Shown: piece after piece, positions 37,920 to 52,110 of the stretch
Numbering within the stretch: the first letter of the stretch is position 1
Layout: the number at the start of each line of letters is the position of its first letter
Assembly: GCF_006345805.1 (NCBI RefSeq)
Contig: NC_043008.1
Location: 62,186,001-62,250,000 of the forward strand
DNA length: 64,000 nt
Direction of reading: 5' to 3'
Source of the DNA: Octopus sinensis
Taxonomy: Eukaryota
Position numbers and translations under genes: made by a program
The notes under the pieces: model-generated
What the model saw: only the letters and a program-made list of their open reading frames with translations
Database searches by the model: none
What the model was told of the DNA's origin: nothing

Positions 37920-39211
37920 TATTGGGTCAACCCATAAATAATATGTTTTTTTTTCAATTGCATGAACTAAAAGTTGGAGGGAGACCGGATAAACTACCAG
38001 CATCAACTTGCTATAAAGGCAAGTAGTAATTTTACCTTGCACTTAGTCTTAGTGCAAGTTTTGAAGAGTGCAGTTCAATTTTAACAGTTATTTTTTCTAA
38101 GCTATAATGGAAGTGACAAAGAAACATATTTGGCATATTTTGCTTTACGAGTTCAATAAAAACAGCAATGCAATGGAAAGTGTGAGAAATATTGATGCAG
38201 TATATGAGGATCTCACAATAAGTATAAGCCAGTGTCAACGGTAGTTCCAGAAATTCTGAGCTGGAAACTACAGCCTAGAAGATACGCTTCATGCTGGAGC
38301 ACCAGTAGAGCTCGATGAGGATGTCCTGCAAACCCTGGTGGAACAAAATCCCATCGTAAATGCTGAGAAACTAGCAGAGAAACTCGGAGTTCATCATTCC
38401 ACTATTCATCAACAGCTGCGTGCCATCAGTAAAGTCAGCAAATTGGGTCAATGGGTTCCTCACAAACTTGCTGAGTCTAATCAAGCATAGAGAGCAAATC
38501 TATACTCATCTTTGCTGTTACATCTCACGAATGAACCTTTTTTGGACCAAATAGTGACTGGTGATGAGAAATGAATTCTGTATAAAAATGTCAAGTGCTG
38601 AAAACAGTGGATAGGGAAAGGAAAAATACTGGCAACCTAGGCTAAAGAAGGTCTCCAAATCACATAATGTGTTGTTATATGTTTGGTGGGATATAAAAAG
38701 TTTAATCAACTTTGAACTTTTAAACCCAAACAAAATGATAACAAAGGGAGATCTACTGTGAGCAACTTGAGCAGTTTAAGTCAGTGCTAAAAGAAAAATG
38801 AACATCTTTGGTTTCAAGATGAAGGTGTTCTTTCATCAGGATAATGTTCGGCCACATACAGTGAGGATAACATTCCAAAAGCTGTAGCAGTTTGAATGGA
38901 AAACAATGCCCCACACACCATATTTGCTGGACATTTGATTATCATTTATTATCTGATTATCCTTTATTACTCTGTCTTCAAAATCATTTGGACGGAAAAA
39001 ATAGGAATTCTGTAAACAAGGTCAGAACAGTACTTTTCATCATGGACAAATCAATTTTGTAAGAGGGGCCTTGGAAGTCTGCCAGATAGATGGAAGAACA
39101 TTGTAGAAAATGAAGAGTGTATATTTTAGATTAAAAAAAACTTTGTTTATCTTAATTTTGAAGAATAAAAGAAGTATAAAAAAGCTACATTATTTATGGG
39201 ATGACCCAAAA
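37920..39211 (+). mobile_element. Full-length decayed mariner transposon (about 1.29 kb)
   Basis: TIRs TATTGGGTCAACCCATAAATAAT / ATTATTTATGGGATGACCCAAAATA with TA flanks. Pseudo-ORF from ATG 38107: MEVTKKHIWHILLYEF...GQWVPHKL...IVTGDEK*...HQDNVRPH...LPDRWKNIVEN, with many stops and frameshifts. Confidence 0.92.
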
Positions 39212-39522
39212 TATTCTCCACCTGGATGAGAACTGGTCCATCGCAGAATTACTTACTCTTGCCAGCTGGGAGAACTGGAGCAAAATGAAATGAAGTGTTT
39301 TACTCAAAAACACAATGCATCACCCAGTTCAGGAATCAAAAGCTCAATCTTACAACCATGAATTAAACAATGTAACCTCTAAGTCACAAGCCTGTACAAT
39401 AATTCATTACTTGCTCATGGTGAATATATAATAGGAAGGCCTTAATGCTGTATCACAATCAAATATTCTGCTTTTCCATTAGGGATAATTTTTCAGATAC
39501 TGACCATTTAGGGATTCTTTTC

Positions 39523-39922
39523 TTACTCTTTACTCTTTTACTCTTTTACTTGTTTCAGTTATTTTACTGTGGCCATGCTGGAGCACCACCTTTAGTCGAG
39601 CAAATCAACCCCAGGACTTATTCTTTGTAAGCCTAGTACTTATTCTATCGGTCTCTTTTGCCGAACCATTAAGTTACGGGGATGTAAACGCACCAGCATT
39701 GGTTGTCAAGCAATATTGGGGTGACAAACATACACAAATATATACATATACATATACATAAATACGACGGGCTTCTTTCAATTTCCGTCTACCAAATCCA
39801 CTCACAAGGCTTTGGTCAGCCTGAGGCTACAGTAGAAGACACTTGCCCAAGGTGCCACGTGGTGGGACTGAACCCAGAACCATGTGGTTGGTAAGCAAGC
39901 TACTTACCTCACAGCCGCTCCT
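39523..39922 (-). mobile_element. SINE family A, full length
   Basis: Reverse complement of the complete element. Confidence 0.92.
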
Positions 39923-40881
39923 ATGCCAAAAGAAATCAACAACAATCAACGAGTTTAAACATGATAATTTTGCATCTTCATTCCTTGTCTAGTTCTAATA
40001 TTTTCCAGATAACTTATGATGTTGTTCCTCTTTTCTTCTTACAAGTAGTTATTATTTTAGTCTCTGCTTGGAATTACTTAACACAGAAGAGCAAAAGTTT
40101 TTGTCTTCATATTTTGTAGCCATTTGTGTTATACTTTCATTATTTTTCACTAGACATATGTGTAGTCACTCAGATGATATTTTAGTAGTTTTCTAGTTAT
40201 ATGAGGCCCTACATCCTGGTATTCATGGTCAATTTAATATGATAGATTTGTGGTGGTGTATTGTAATTCAGTTCTTATTTTCCTTCTTTTTTATCTACTC
40301 TTGCAAATCATTTAACATCCAATTGAGAATATTTTAATGATATCTTATTACTCAGAAGACTAGAAAATCGATGTTTTGTTGAGAATATAACAGCTAGTCT
40401 AGTGTTGTTGTTGTTGTTGTTGGCACCACAATATTTAGCAGCAAGTACACTTTGTAATGTGGAAGATGCTAGGAATGGCAACCAGCCATAGAAACCATAC
40501 CAGAATATAAAACCAAAACAAAGTGCTCTGACCCATCTAGGTGGGAAGAAACTCCAAATAAAACCCATCCAACCAAAATAAAATTAAATTAGAATAATTA
40601 AATAAATGTCAGCCTGATTCATTTCACAATTCTGAGAAGATTTTTTAAATGTGAGCTTTCAAAAAATTGCATTGCATTGGAATATGTCATCCAAAATTTT
40701 AATCTACCTGCAGCTACCATAATTAGAATGTGATTATCGCAGGATGTGTAGTTGCATAAATACCCCATGATATAGTATTCAAGGTAAATATATTCTGTCT
40801 AGATTTGAGGTGGTATATTCTTAGGCAAGTTATAACTTTCTTTCTTTTCTGTCTAGTCTTGCAAGTCCAATTAAGAATATA

Positions 40882-41136
40882 AAAAAAAATGTTCCTTCTT
40901 GAGCCATGCCAGGCTCATAAGGGCCAGTTTCCTGATTTCAATGGCATAGAAATTCGCCATCTGGATGGGACGCCAATCCATCACAGGATTACTCATTTTT
41001 GCCAGCTGAGTGGACTGAAGCAATGTGAAATGAAGTGTTTTGCTCAAGAACACAATGCGTTGCCTGGTCCAGGAATCGAAACCACAACCTTATAATCATG
41101 AGTTCAACACCCTAACCACTAAGCCATGCACCTCCA
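40882..41136 (-). mobile_element. SINE family D, full length, with 14-bp target-site duplication
   Basis: TSD CAATTAAGAATATA at 40868-40881 and 41137-41150. tRNA-like head GGAGGTGCATGGCTTAGTGGTTAGGG...GGTTTCGATTCC. Confidence 0.9.
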
Positions 41137-41654
41137 CAATTAAGAATATACCAATAACTTATTAAGACATCATCAGTCATACCTCTATTATTGAAGGCAT
41201 GGTTACTATCGTCTCAGAGTTCTGCTGAACTACAATGGTCATATAGCTATAGCTGGAAAGTTCTTCTTTGAAATGCAGGCCTAGCTGAAGTGTTTTTGCA
41301 GTTTTATAGAATGCCAACATTTGACTTTAACAGTGAGACTCACCTTTTATTATCATTAATGTTACCCAAGGTAAGACGAATATAGTTTGGCTTCAGTGTT
41401 TTCAATGACAAACTCAGAATGTAAAGGGATGGAACAAATATTTTAAGGCATTTCATCCAACGTCCTTACAATTCTGCCAGTCCATTGTCCATGCATTACT
41501 ACTTCATAATATAATTGCTCAACGATGGAGGAAAATCAAAGGTGACATTTATAACTTACTCAATAAAATTCAATATATGGTTATTACAGAGATATCCTTA
41601 TCTCTGTAAAATTCATTGCTAGCTAATTTTTTAAAGTTATGCCTAAGGTACCAA

Positions 41655-42220
41655 GCTAGAAGAATTGTTAGCCTGCCAGCAAAATACTTAGCAACATTTC
41701 ATCTTTCTTCACATTCTGAGTTGAAATTCTGCCACAGTCGACTTTGCCCTTCATCCTTTCGGAGTTGATAAAATAAGTACCAGTTGAATATTGGGGTCAA
41801 TATAATCAACTTAACCTCCTCCTTGAAATTGCTGGCCACGTGCCAAAATTTAAAGCCAATATTTAAACATGAGGAATTATGGTGAAAACAAGCTTTATAT
41901 GAAATGTTGGGTCTATAATGCTCATAAAAAAATTGGATAAGATGACTTCAAATTTAAGGAACTGTATCGTTATGTGACCAAGCAACAAAAGATATATCCA
42001 TTGTGTGAAAAGGTTGGAAAGGTACATAATATAACTAAGGTGGCAAGCTGGCAGAATCGTTAGCACGTTCTGAGTTCAAATTCCACCGAGGTCGACTTTG
42101 CCTTTCATCCTTTTGGGGCTCGATTAAATAAGTACCAGTTACACACTGGGGTCGATGTAATCGACTTAATCCGTTTGTCTATCTTTGTTTGTCCTCTCTG
42201 TGGGTAGTAAAGAAATAGGT
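41655..42220 (+). mobile_element. Two adjacent SINE family B copies (41655-41860 with tail2; 42036-42220 with tail1)
   Basis: Both carry the B-box and the TTTGCC.TTCATCCTTT core. Confidence 0.82.
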
Positions 42221-42950
42221 ACATAATATAACACTGATTTGGATGATAAATTTCATACCTTATGGGATTAAAAGCGGAAAAGGCACAGAACTATAAAAAA
42301 AAGTATTTTGCTCCAACTAAAAGAATTCTGACTATATTAGATAAGAACAATGGACTTTGACTGATTGAAATGTAAATCAATTATCATGGACTAGAAAATA
42401 AATAAAAAAAACTACATAAGAAGAAAGGGTATAGAGAAGAGTAGCGGATGTTCTGAAGAGGAGAGTAATTAAAAGTGACAGCATGGGTTTAAAAGGATAT
42501 ACTGCATAGTAAATGCAATGTCATGTTAATGATTCATTGTCAGTAAAATGTGTTTCTTGTCAACCAGAACCAAAGTCATCAACTGATTATTGTTTGCCGG
42601 ATTAATCAGGAAACTGTTTCACAAGATTACCTATTCAACAGCTTTCCTAACAGAAGAACAGTTCAAATGACTTAAATAGATTTAGGTTATCTGGAAATGT
42701 CATCTATTTTGTTTCTTTGTTTGTTTTCTTTCATTTTTTTTTTTATTTTAGTATATCTGTTTTGATATTTTGTTTGTTTTTTTCTTTATTTAAAATAGTC
42801 TTAAAGAAAAGCGAGGGAATAATCAATGTGATGTTCTTTTATTCTACATGGATTAAAAGGGGAATTAGTGTCTTATTATTCAAATAGGAATTTTTGTTTT
42901 TATTTTCTTTATTTTTATTATTTCTTTTTTCCATTCATTTTTGGTTAATC

Positions 42951-43290
42951 ATCATCATCATCATCGTTTAGCGTCCGCTTTCCATGCTAGCATGGGTTGG
43001 ACGGTTCAACTGGGGTCTGGGAAGCCAGAAGGCTGCACCAGGCCCAGTCTGATCTGGCAATGTTTCTATGGCTGGATGCCCTTCCTAACGCCAACCACTC
43101 CATGAGTGTAGTAGGTGCTTTTTACGTGCCACTGGCACAGGTGCCAGGTGAGGCTGGCAACGGCCATGATTGGATGGTGCTTTTTATGTGCCACCGGCAT
43201 GAGGCCAGTCGGGGTGGTGCTGGCGACGGCCACATTTGGATGGTTCTCTTACGTACCACTGGCACTGGTATCACAGCTGCAATTTCCATT
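42951..43290 (-). mobile_element. RTE 3' UTR copy with (GAT)n tail
   Basis: Reverse complement of the 11360-11846 UTR, with fewer and diverged 64-bp units. Confidence 0.82.
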
Positions 43291-43304
43291 GATGTTAATA
43301 AGTT

Positions 43305-43720
43305 AAGAAAATTATGGGAGTTGTGAGCCCTGAATGTGGAGGACATGTGAAGACTGGAAAGAAACGAAACTGGTGTGCTCTCTTGGCTGTGCGATGTTAG
43401 TGTTCATGGGTGACAGAACACAAGTGTTTTGAGAGAGAAGTCGGGCATAAAGAGAATTAAATACAGTGTTCAAGAGAGGAGACAGTGCTGGTTAGGTCAT
43501 GCGACGAGGGAGGGTATGAAAGTTGCATAAAGAAGTGCCGATCACTTAAAATGGAAAGAAGTTGTGGAAGAGGAAGACTCAGGAAGAGGAAGACTCAGGA
43601 AGATATGGAATGAAATATTTGAAGGCCAATCTCAGAACACTGAGCCTTATGAAGGAGATGACAGAGGATTGGAATATGTGGCACACTGCTGTACACAAGA
43701 GGGTCCAGCCACCACAACAG
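43305..43720 (+). mobile_element. Decayed RTE-clade LINE ORF2 C-terminus
   Basis: Translates with frameshifts to RLERNETGVLSWLCDV...LREKSGIKRI...WLGH...CIKKCRSLK...GRGRLRK...LKANLRTLSLMKEMTEDWNMWHTAV. Confidence 0.78.
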
Positions 43721-44009
43721 AATCGAGATCTTAAAACTAAGGTGACATGTAAAACAAAGCATTGGTGTGGGTGCTGGTGCCATGTAAAAAGCATAACTAC
43801 ATTCTGCAAAGTGGTTGGTGTTAGGAAGGGCATTCAGCTGTAGAAACCAGACCAAAACAGACTAAGGAACCTGGTGCAGCTGATGGCCTTTCCAGTTCCT
43901 GTTAAACTGTCGAACCCATTTTAGCATGGAAAACAGTCATTAAATGTTGTTGTCGTTGTTGCTGATGCTGTTGCAGTTGAGCGAAGCAGTCTTCGTCCCT
44001 AGTAGGAGA

Positions 44010-44336
44010 AGTTTGAAAAGTGGTCCTTTGCTATTCATAAGACCCGCAGAAGAGATAGCAGGTCAACCGTCAACACCGAGAGCATCGACGGATGGATGAA
44101 TGCACATCCAGGCTCAGTGGTTGCATAGGAAGTTGGAGACAAGAAACAGGAAGAAAGAGTGAGAGAAAGTTTGGGTAAAAGAGTACAACAGGGGTCGCCA
44201 CCACCCCCTGCTGGAGCCTCGTGGAGCTTTAGGTGTTTTTGCTCAATAAACACACACAATGCTCAGTCTGGGAATCGAAACCACAATCCTCCGACCACGA
44301 GTCCGCTGCCCTAACCACTGGGCCATTGCACCTCCA
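44010..44336 (-). mobile_element. SINE family C
   Basis: Head GGAGGTGCAATGGCCCAGTGGTTAGGGCAGCGGACTCG at about 44336, homologous to 31965. Confidence 0.85.
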
Positions 44337-45081
44337 CTTGTTGTTGCTGGTGATAATGATGATGATTAAGGTTGCACTTTACACTGTAAGTGTACATTTT
44401 GTATTTAGTATTTGTTCAGATGAGTTGCTCTTAATTGAGCAAACTGCTATTTCTTGAATGAATAAGACAGCCCAGACATGGTAGATTAACTTGGAGCAAA
44501 TAACAAGCAACAGCAACAAATTATAGCTAAGTAGACTCAGCCACTGATAGTGAAATACTTTGGCTCTGAAGACGATGCAACACAATACCGACAGTTCCAG
44601 CCTGCGAACCATCAAACATTACAGTAAGATCTTCCATAACCATTTTCAGCTTGCCATTTATAGAGAGTTTCTCCTTCCATCTAAACCATATCCACAATTA
44701 ATCTAAACACACCAAAATATATTCTTTGAACAATCCTATATTTATAATAGATTAATTCTTCATTCATTTGTTGATTTTGATTGCTGAATACTTTCATACA
44801 AAATAATTAACTCAACAATTAGCTGACTGTTTAATAACTTTCACCACAGTCCAATCAAATCATTATACTTCGTAGTTATTATCATCTTCTTCTGCCTTAT
44901 GTCTTCTTTTGTCTTTGCTATTTCTTTCTGCCTATTTCCAGCTCTCATTCTCTACCATCGTCACCTTGGTTTCTTCTTTTTATCTTCTTCATTATCCATC
45001 TCATGAGTAGTGGCAGTAGTGCCAATGTCATACGATGGACGCACACACACAAGTGTGTGTGTATGTGCACATGTATATGTA

Positions 45082-45122
<41 letters not shown>

Positions 45123-45154
45123 TAAAAATGGAGTTAACGCGGTGTAATCAAATA

Positions 45155-45250
45155 TTTTACATTCGATACATGTTTCGAAAATTCCACTGATACTATTTAA
45201 AAGAATAAATGGTATAAACAATGCAATCTTCTCCTCAGGAAAGTGAAAAA
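45155..45250 (-). ncRNA. Hammerhead-like motif with canonical core, long stem-II loop and disrupted stem I
   Basis: CACUUC-CUGAGGA-GAAGAU[43 nt]AUUUUC-GAAA-CAUG-U-A-UC-GAAUG. Confidence 0.45.
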
Positions 45251-45400
45251 AACGAAACTTGTCAATAAGACATTTTAGCAAAAAATGATGGATTTGTATA
45301 GCGATAGACAGAACGCTATTAATATTGTTGCCCTGGTAACTATTTATTTATTTTTCCGTGTTAATTGTTAACAAGGTAAAAATACACTCATCTGTATATA

Positions 45401-45908
45401 TATTGGGTTGTCCAGAAAGTTCATGCCGATTTATAGTAGCTTACGTTAGCACAGTTTAAGCTATCTTTCCGTGGAAGAAGATTTATGTTCCTATAACCTG
45501 TGTTAATTCTGTAACTCTTTAAAATAGAAGATACGAAAGTTAATTTTCGGCACTTGATGCTTTCGAAACCAGACAAAAATTGCTGCAGCTCGACTGGGAT
45601 GTGTTACCCCACCCTCCATATTCAAAGATATTGCTCCTTCGGATTTCCACTTATTCAGGTCTCTGCAGAATAGTCTTAATAGTAAAAATTTCAATTCCTT
45701 GGATGACGTAAAAAGTTACCTTGATGAATTCTTTGCCATGAAACGCCCTCAATTCTAGGAAGAGGGTATTTTCAAGTTAAAGGAAAGATGGAGACGCATT
45801 GTGCAATAAAATGATTCATATTTGGTTGATTAAAAATGTAATGGCAAGTATTTATTGATCTTTTTCTTTCCTTTAAAAATCGGCACAAACTTTCTGGACA
45901 ACCCAATA
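45401..45908 (+). mobile_element. Internally deleted mariner (about 508 bp)
   Basis: TIRs TATTGGGTTGTCCAGAAAGTTCATGCCGATTT / AAATCGGCACAAACTTTCTGGACAACCCAATA with TA flanks. Retains only the C-terminus LDWDVLPHPPYS-DIAPSDFHLFRSLQN...KLKERWRRIVQ. Confidence 0.92.
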
Positions 45909-46619
45909 TATATAATCACACTTTATGTTAGTTGAAATACGTTTGTCATATATTTCAAGTGCTAAAGGCAAATACACTGCAGTTACTGTGGAGAAAAACA
46001 TCTTTCTTATGGTAAAATGGGTTGAAAATACCCTGTTTGCTCAGTATTGCCCTCTCTCGGGAATCTGAGACATTGATGTTTTGTGTTTATTGACTTGTCA
46101 ACTAACCTAAATTGTGATTATACGTAAACACTGCTTAGCACATTTACTCTGATATGTGTGTGTGTGTGTGTGTGTGTTGTTAAGAAGTTTGCTGTTTAAC
46201 TGCCTACGTTTGGGGTCATTCTAATGCTACAGCATCATGGGCAAGCATTTTCTATTACAGCCAATCCGACCAAGGATAATGAGTGTGGGAGATGAAAAGA
46301 ATCAAGTTATACATATATGAATATATATATATTAATATATATCTTTTTATTTCTTTTTCTTATTACCATCATTGTCCATGTCACCATTGCTGGCTGCAGT
46401 GTCAGTGTCTCAGAATGGACAAACACACACACACACATACTCCCCCCCCCCCGAAATGTCCAATCCACACTGTAAAGTGGTTAGCTTTTAAAAAGGCATC
46501 CAGCCCTAAAATCATGCCAAAACAAACACAATAGCCTCAGGTAATCTTCTACCTGGCAGGTTCCTGCCAATTGTCCTGCCCATGCAGGCATGGAAGATGG
46601 ATATTAAACAATGATGTTG

Positions 46620-46637
46620 ATTCATATATTATATATA

Positions 46638-46688
<51 letters not shown>

Positions 46689-46770
46689 ATACATATATAT
46701 ATTTATATTTATATATATGTATATATATATATGGATGTATATATATATGTATAATATATATATATATGTA

Positions 46771-46844
<74 letters not shown>

Positions 46845-46863
46845 TTATGTATATATATATATG

Positions 46864-46894
<31 letters not shown>

Positions 46895-46925
46895 CGGGTA
46901 TATATATATATATACGTATATATAC

Positions 46926-46962
<37 letters not shown>

Positions 46963-46966
46963 CGTA

Positions 46967-46997
<31 letters not shown>

Positions 46998-47140
46998 GCA
47001 TATATATATACATATGTATATATATATATATATAGGTAGATAGATAGAGAGATAGATTATTATATATATATTTACATGTATATCTCTGTATGTATATAAA
47101 TATATATATTTATGTTAATATATATACATATGTGTGTGTG
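46620..47140. repeat. (TA)n-rich microsatellite array
   Basis: Direct reading. Confidence 0.95.
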
Positions 47141-48123
47141 TGGGTTTGTATGTGTGTATGTATAAGTTTTTCTTCATCTATAATCAATTTTATAGTACCA
47201 TAAATTCATTTTTGTCTTTATTTAAAAAAAAAACCCAATAAATTAAAACAATCAAAGAAAATGAAAAGTAATTAAACTACAAATAACATATTCCACCTAA
47301 ATTCAGTGACCAAAGCAATATTTATAAATCGGCAACAACAGCAAGAACACCAGCAAAACACAGCACCAACTACACCATCTTCAACTTTAATGAAAGCTGC
47401 TACCAAATATAATTACTCCATATTTATAACTTCCATAAAGCAAAGTGAAGAATCGACATAAATTTTGCTTTTGTTTTCATTTTCTTTTTATTGCTGTGAT
47501 TGTTTTTGTTGTTGTTGTTGTTTTTATTTTCTTTAAGAAACAAATTTTAATCTACTTAACTGCATAGAAGGTGCGGCCTGCGATTTCATATGGAAAGTTT
47601 TAATCAAATTTTCGAAGTTTAAAGGTTTTATTTATCAAATAGATTTCGCGGAGAAAAATAAGCAAGAAAAATATATTTCATGTTTTACAATATAATTTGT
47701 TTAATAATTTTTCAAAAGGCCATTGTTAATTACTATTAATTTAGTTCCAATGCTCATTGAAATATATTCAGAACAACATGGGAGTGGCAACGATTGTTTA
47801 TGATTAAAAACAAAGCTGTTGGAGAGACTGTTGAACTCTTTTATTAATAATCTGTCTACAGTTTGTTTTGCTACGAAAAGTTGTGAAAAAAAAAAATTAA
47901 TTGTGTATGTATGTATGTATGTATGTATGTATGTATGTATGTATGTATGTATGCATTATGTATGTATGTATGTATGTATGTATGTATGTATGTATGAATG
48001 TATGTATATGAGTATGGATGGATTGATGAGTACTTGCCTATCTGTATGTTTCAATGTTTGTGTGCATGCATATAAGAATGTATTTTTGTATTTTTATGCT
48101 TGTATGTGAGCATATCATATATA

Positions 48124-48158
<35 letters not shown>

Positions 48159-48304
48159 ACATACATACATACATACATATACAAATATATACAGATAGAT
48201 AGGGAGAGAGCTAGAGAGATTTATATATAATATATATATATATATATATGGATATAGATATACATATGGATTTATATATATATGTATATATATATATATA
48301 TATA

Positions 48305-49570
48305 TACGAGCGAGGTCTGCTCAATAAGTATCTGGACTGGTACTATAAAAATAAAACTACACCTAGTACCAATTTGGTATTTAATCTCCATCAAAGTAGT
48401 CCCCAGGACAATCAGTACCTGCTTCATCACATTTACTTTGGTTCCCTCATCATCCTGAAATCTTCTTCCTTTCAAGCGGGATTTGAATTTTGGTAAGCTG
48501 AAAAAGTTGTAATGGGTGAGATCTGGGGAATACAGTGGCTGTCAGACCAGGGGAATGCTATGCTTAGCCAAAAACTGCTGCATCAATTGCTCTGAATGAG
48601 TAGATACATTGTCATGGTGCAATTACCACTCACCGGATGCATGCAATTGTGGCCTTTTCAGATCAATAGCATCCTACAAATGCTGCAAAACGTCATGGTA
48701 GTATGGTAGTACACCTTGTTTACTGTCTGACCAAGTGGATCATACCTATGATGAACAATCGCCTTGTAGTCAAAGAAAGTGTTGAACCATGTGTTCACAT
48801 TGCTTTGACTTATTCGTGCTTTCTTTGGTCTTGGACTAGCTGGGGTCTTCCACTGCAAAGACTGTGCCTTCTTTTGGGGTCATAGCCATAGAACTATGAT
48901 TCATCACCTGTTATGACAGTTTTCAAAACGTTTTCACCATTCTCCACGCAATCAAGGATATCTTATGCAATTGAAACCCGAGTGACATTTTGGCCAGCTG
49001 AAAGCAGTTTTGATACAAAGCTTCGCAGACACATTCCTCATATCCAAATCTTCAGTGATAATGGACTGAATTGAGCCATAACTAATCTGCATATCCTCTG
49101 ATAAATCACAGATGGTGATTCGACCATTTCCCTTCACAACCGTCTGGACATCTATGATGTTTTTATCAATTCTGTTGGTCACAGGTCTCCCAGAACATTT
49201 GCATTTATTGAGATTTTTCAGCCATCTTGGAAACGTCTAAAACACACTTACACTTGTGTGATGCTCATACACTCCTCTCCATAAACTTTCTGCAACTTTG
49301 CATAGGCATCTGAGCAGGTATCACCAAGCTTTTGGCAAAATTTAATGCAGATTCTCTGCTCAACTTCCTGTCATGGTCAATGTGATGTTCACATGCTACA
49401 CAGGTTCCTTCCAAGTATTGCTATAAACAGTGGAAGTGAGCTAGAATATTAAAACTTAGTGCACAGGCACAGCAGAGGCCTAGGTCAATTTGTGCTAAAT
49501 GGCTTCACTCTGCATGATTTAGTTTCGTTACTATAGCAAGAGTCCGGATAGTTATTGATCAGAACATGTA
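48305..49570 (-). mobile_element. Full-length decayed mariner transposon, DD34D spacing (about 1.27 kb)
   Basis: TIRs TACGAG(CGAG)GTCTGCTCAATAAGTATCTGGACT / AGTCCGGATAGTTATTGATCAGAACATGTA, inserted in (TA)n. Fragments read ITICDLSEDMQISYGSIQSII, MQWKTPASPRPKKAR and LHHDNVSTH...YSPDLTHYNFF (third D mutated to N). Confidence 0.92.
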
Positions 49571-50707
49571 TATATATATTATATATATATATATATATAT
49601 AATATAAATAATATATATATGCATATATACATACGTATATGTACATACTTACATCTATATGTATATATATATATATGCATATGTGGGCACAGGACGTCAT
49701 GAAAATTGTACAAAAAAAGTAAGAAGCATGAGTACATGGAACATGAACAACAAAAGACACAAATGAAAAACAAAACAAACAACATAAAGTACGGCTCTTC
49801 ATCAGTTGTTGGATGTTTTACTACTCTCGTATTTCGAGCATTTAATAACAATATACACTTTTGTTAAAACAGTGGCTCCCACAAACCAAATTAAATGAAA
49901 TTTGGGATTTTGCGGAGGGACAAAATAGGTAACACAAACAGGACAGTGAAAGAAAACAGGAGGGGCTGCTAAGCCTAAACGAGGTTGTGGTGGTGAACGT
50001 GTAAATCAAGCTAGGACAAAAGACAAACAAGAACACGTCTTCCTTGTTCCAGCTACAACAGAGAGAAACAAAGAAAGATGGCCGATGGTCTCATGGGAGC
50101 CACATGTGCAAGGGAGGAGGAGTGAGGGAGAGAGAATGACAGAGTAATAGGATGCATACATACATACATAATTATTAATATACATATATATATATATATG
50201 CACACATACACACACATATACAAATACATACATAGATATATGAGTAGAAGTATATACATATATAGAAATATGTGTGTATATACATATGTATATTTGTATA
50301 TATGTAAGTATGCATCTCTCTCTCTCTCCATATATATATGTGTGTGTGGAGGGGTGCAAATATGTGTGTGAGTGTGTCTGTGCATGTGTGTGTGTGCGCA
50401 CGCACACATGTGTATGCATTTACGACGACGATGATGATGATGATGATGATGATGTTGGTGGTGGTGGTGGTGGTGGTGTGGTGGTGGTGATGATGATGAT
50501 ACATAATTTCATATCCTCTACTTTCTATACTGGCATGTACTAGACTGCTTCACGATATCTAATGGCACCCACTATTCCTCTTGCTCCAGTTTCTGCTGTG
50601 CCTTAGTTTTAATGCCCCTGTTAATCTAATTTCCAATGCTTAGCTTGTCTTAGTTTCAATGATCCACTTAATGTAAGTAAATGCTGAAAGAAAGTTACGG
50701 AGGCACA

Positions 50708-51102
50708 GGAGTGGCTGTGTGGTAAGTAGCTTGCTAACCAACCACATGGTTCCGGGTACAGTCCCACTGTGTGGCACCTTGGGCAAGTGTCTTCTACTAT
50801 AGGCCCGGGCCAACCAATGCCTTGTAAGTGGATTTGGTAGACAGAAACTGAAAGAAGCCCGTCGTATATATGTATATATACGTATATGTATGTGTGTGTT
50901 TGTGTGTCTGTGTTTGTCCCCCTAGAATTGCTTGACAACCGATGCTGGTGTGTTTACGTCCCCGTCACTTAGCGGTTCGGGAAAAGAGACCGATAGAATA
51001 AGTACTAGGCTTACAAAGAATAAGTCCCGCGGTCGATTTGCTCGACTAAAGGCGGTGTTCCAGCATGGCCTCAGTCAAATGGCTGAAACAAGTAAAAGAG
51101 AG
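50708..51102 (+). mobile_element. SINE family A, full length, low divergence
   Basis: Complete; closely similar to 13241-13648. Confidence 0.93.
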
Positions 51103-51369
51103 TATGCTTTTCTTTTACATAGGATTTATCACTGGTTTTGTTACCATGCACATTGCAAGACTAATCAGGGGCCTTGAGTGTGTGGGAGCATAAGGAGAGT
51201 AAAAACGTTTTGCAGGGTTTGGAGAGGTTACAATGTAACAGAGAGTACGAAAGATGTATTACTACATGCATATTTAGGATGCTTGGGAAGAAATGTGGTG
51301 CGGGTGAGAAGTTGAAAAGTTGAATGAGAAATAGGTGTAATGAGGTGTGTAATAAATATACACACATGT

Positions 51370-51410
<41 letters not shown>

Positions 51411-51429
51411 TGTGCATATGCATATATGT

Positions 51430-51434
51430 ATAAA

Positions 51435-51470
<36 letters not shown>

Positions 51471-52110
51471 GATATATATATGCATATATATATATAGATA
51501 TATATATATATAGATATATACATATATCTATATATATGTGTGTGTATGTATATGTATATATAGGCATATATATATATATATATATATACGTATATATATG
51601 CAAATATATTATATATATACACATATATACATATATATATATACGTATATATATACACATACAAATATATATACATATGTATACATATATATATATACGT
51701 GTATATATATATATGTATACATATATATATGTATACATATATATATATACACGTATATATATATATGTATACATATATATATACATATATATATATATAT
51801 TCATATATATATACATGTATGTACATACATATACATATATATTACCTACATATACATATAGATATACATTTGTATCTCTGTCTCTTGCGTATATATATAA
51901 ATATATATGTATATATATAAATATATATGTATATATATATAAATATATATATATAATATATATATATCTATATATATATACATACACATGTGTGTAAGAT
52001 ATATATATATAGAGAGAGAGATATATATAAATACACACAATATACACATGTGGAATACATGTATATCTGTATATCTCTGTATATACATCTGTATATCTCT
52101 GGATGTATAT
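51430..52110. repeat. (TA/TC/TG)n compound microsatellite array
   Basis: Direct reading. Confidence 0.95.

Noticed and set aside
44440-44640. FDGS..GTVGIVL...VAEST, possible RNase H relic on the minus strand; alternatively a short plus-strand exon
   Set aside because: Multiple stops, too short to classify, and a weak acceptor for the exon reading.
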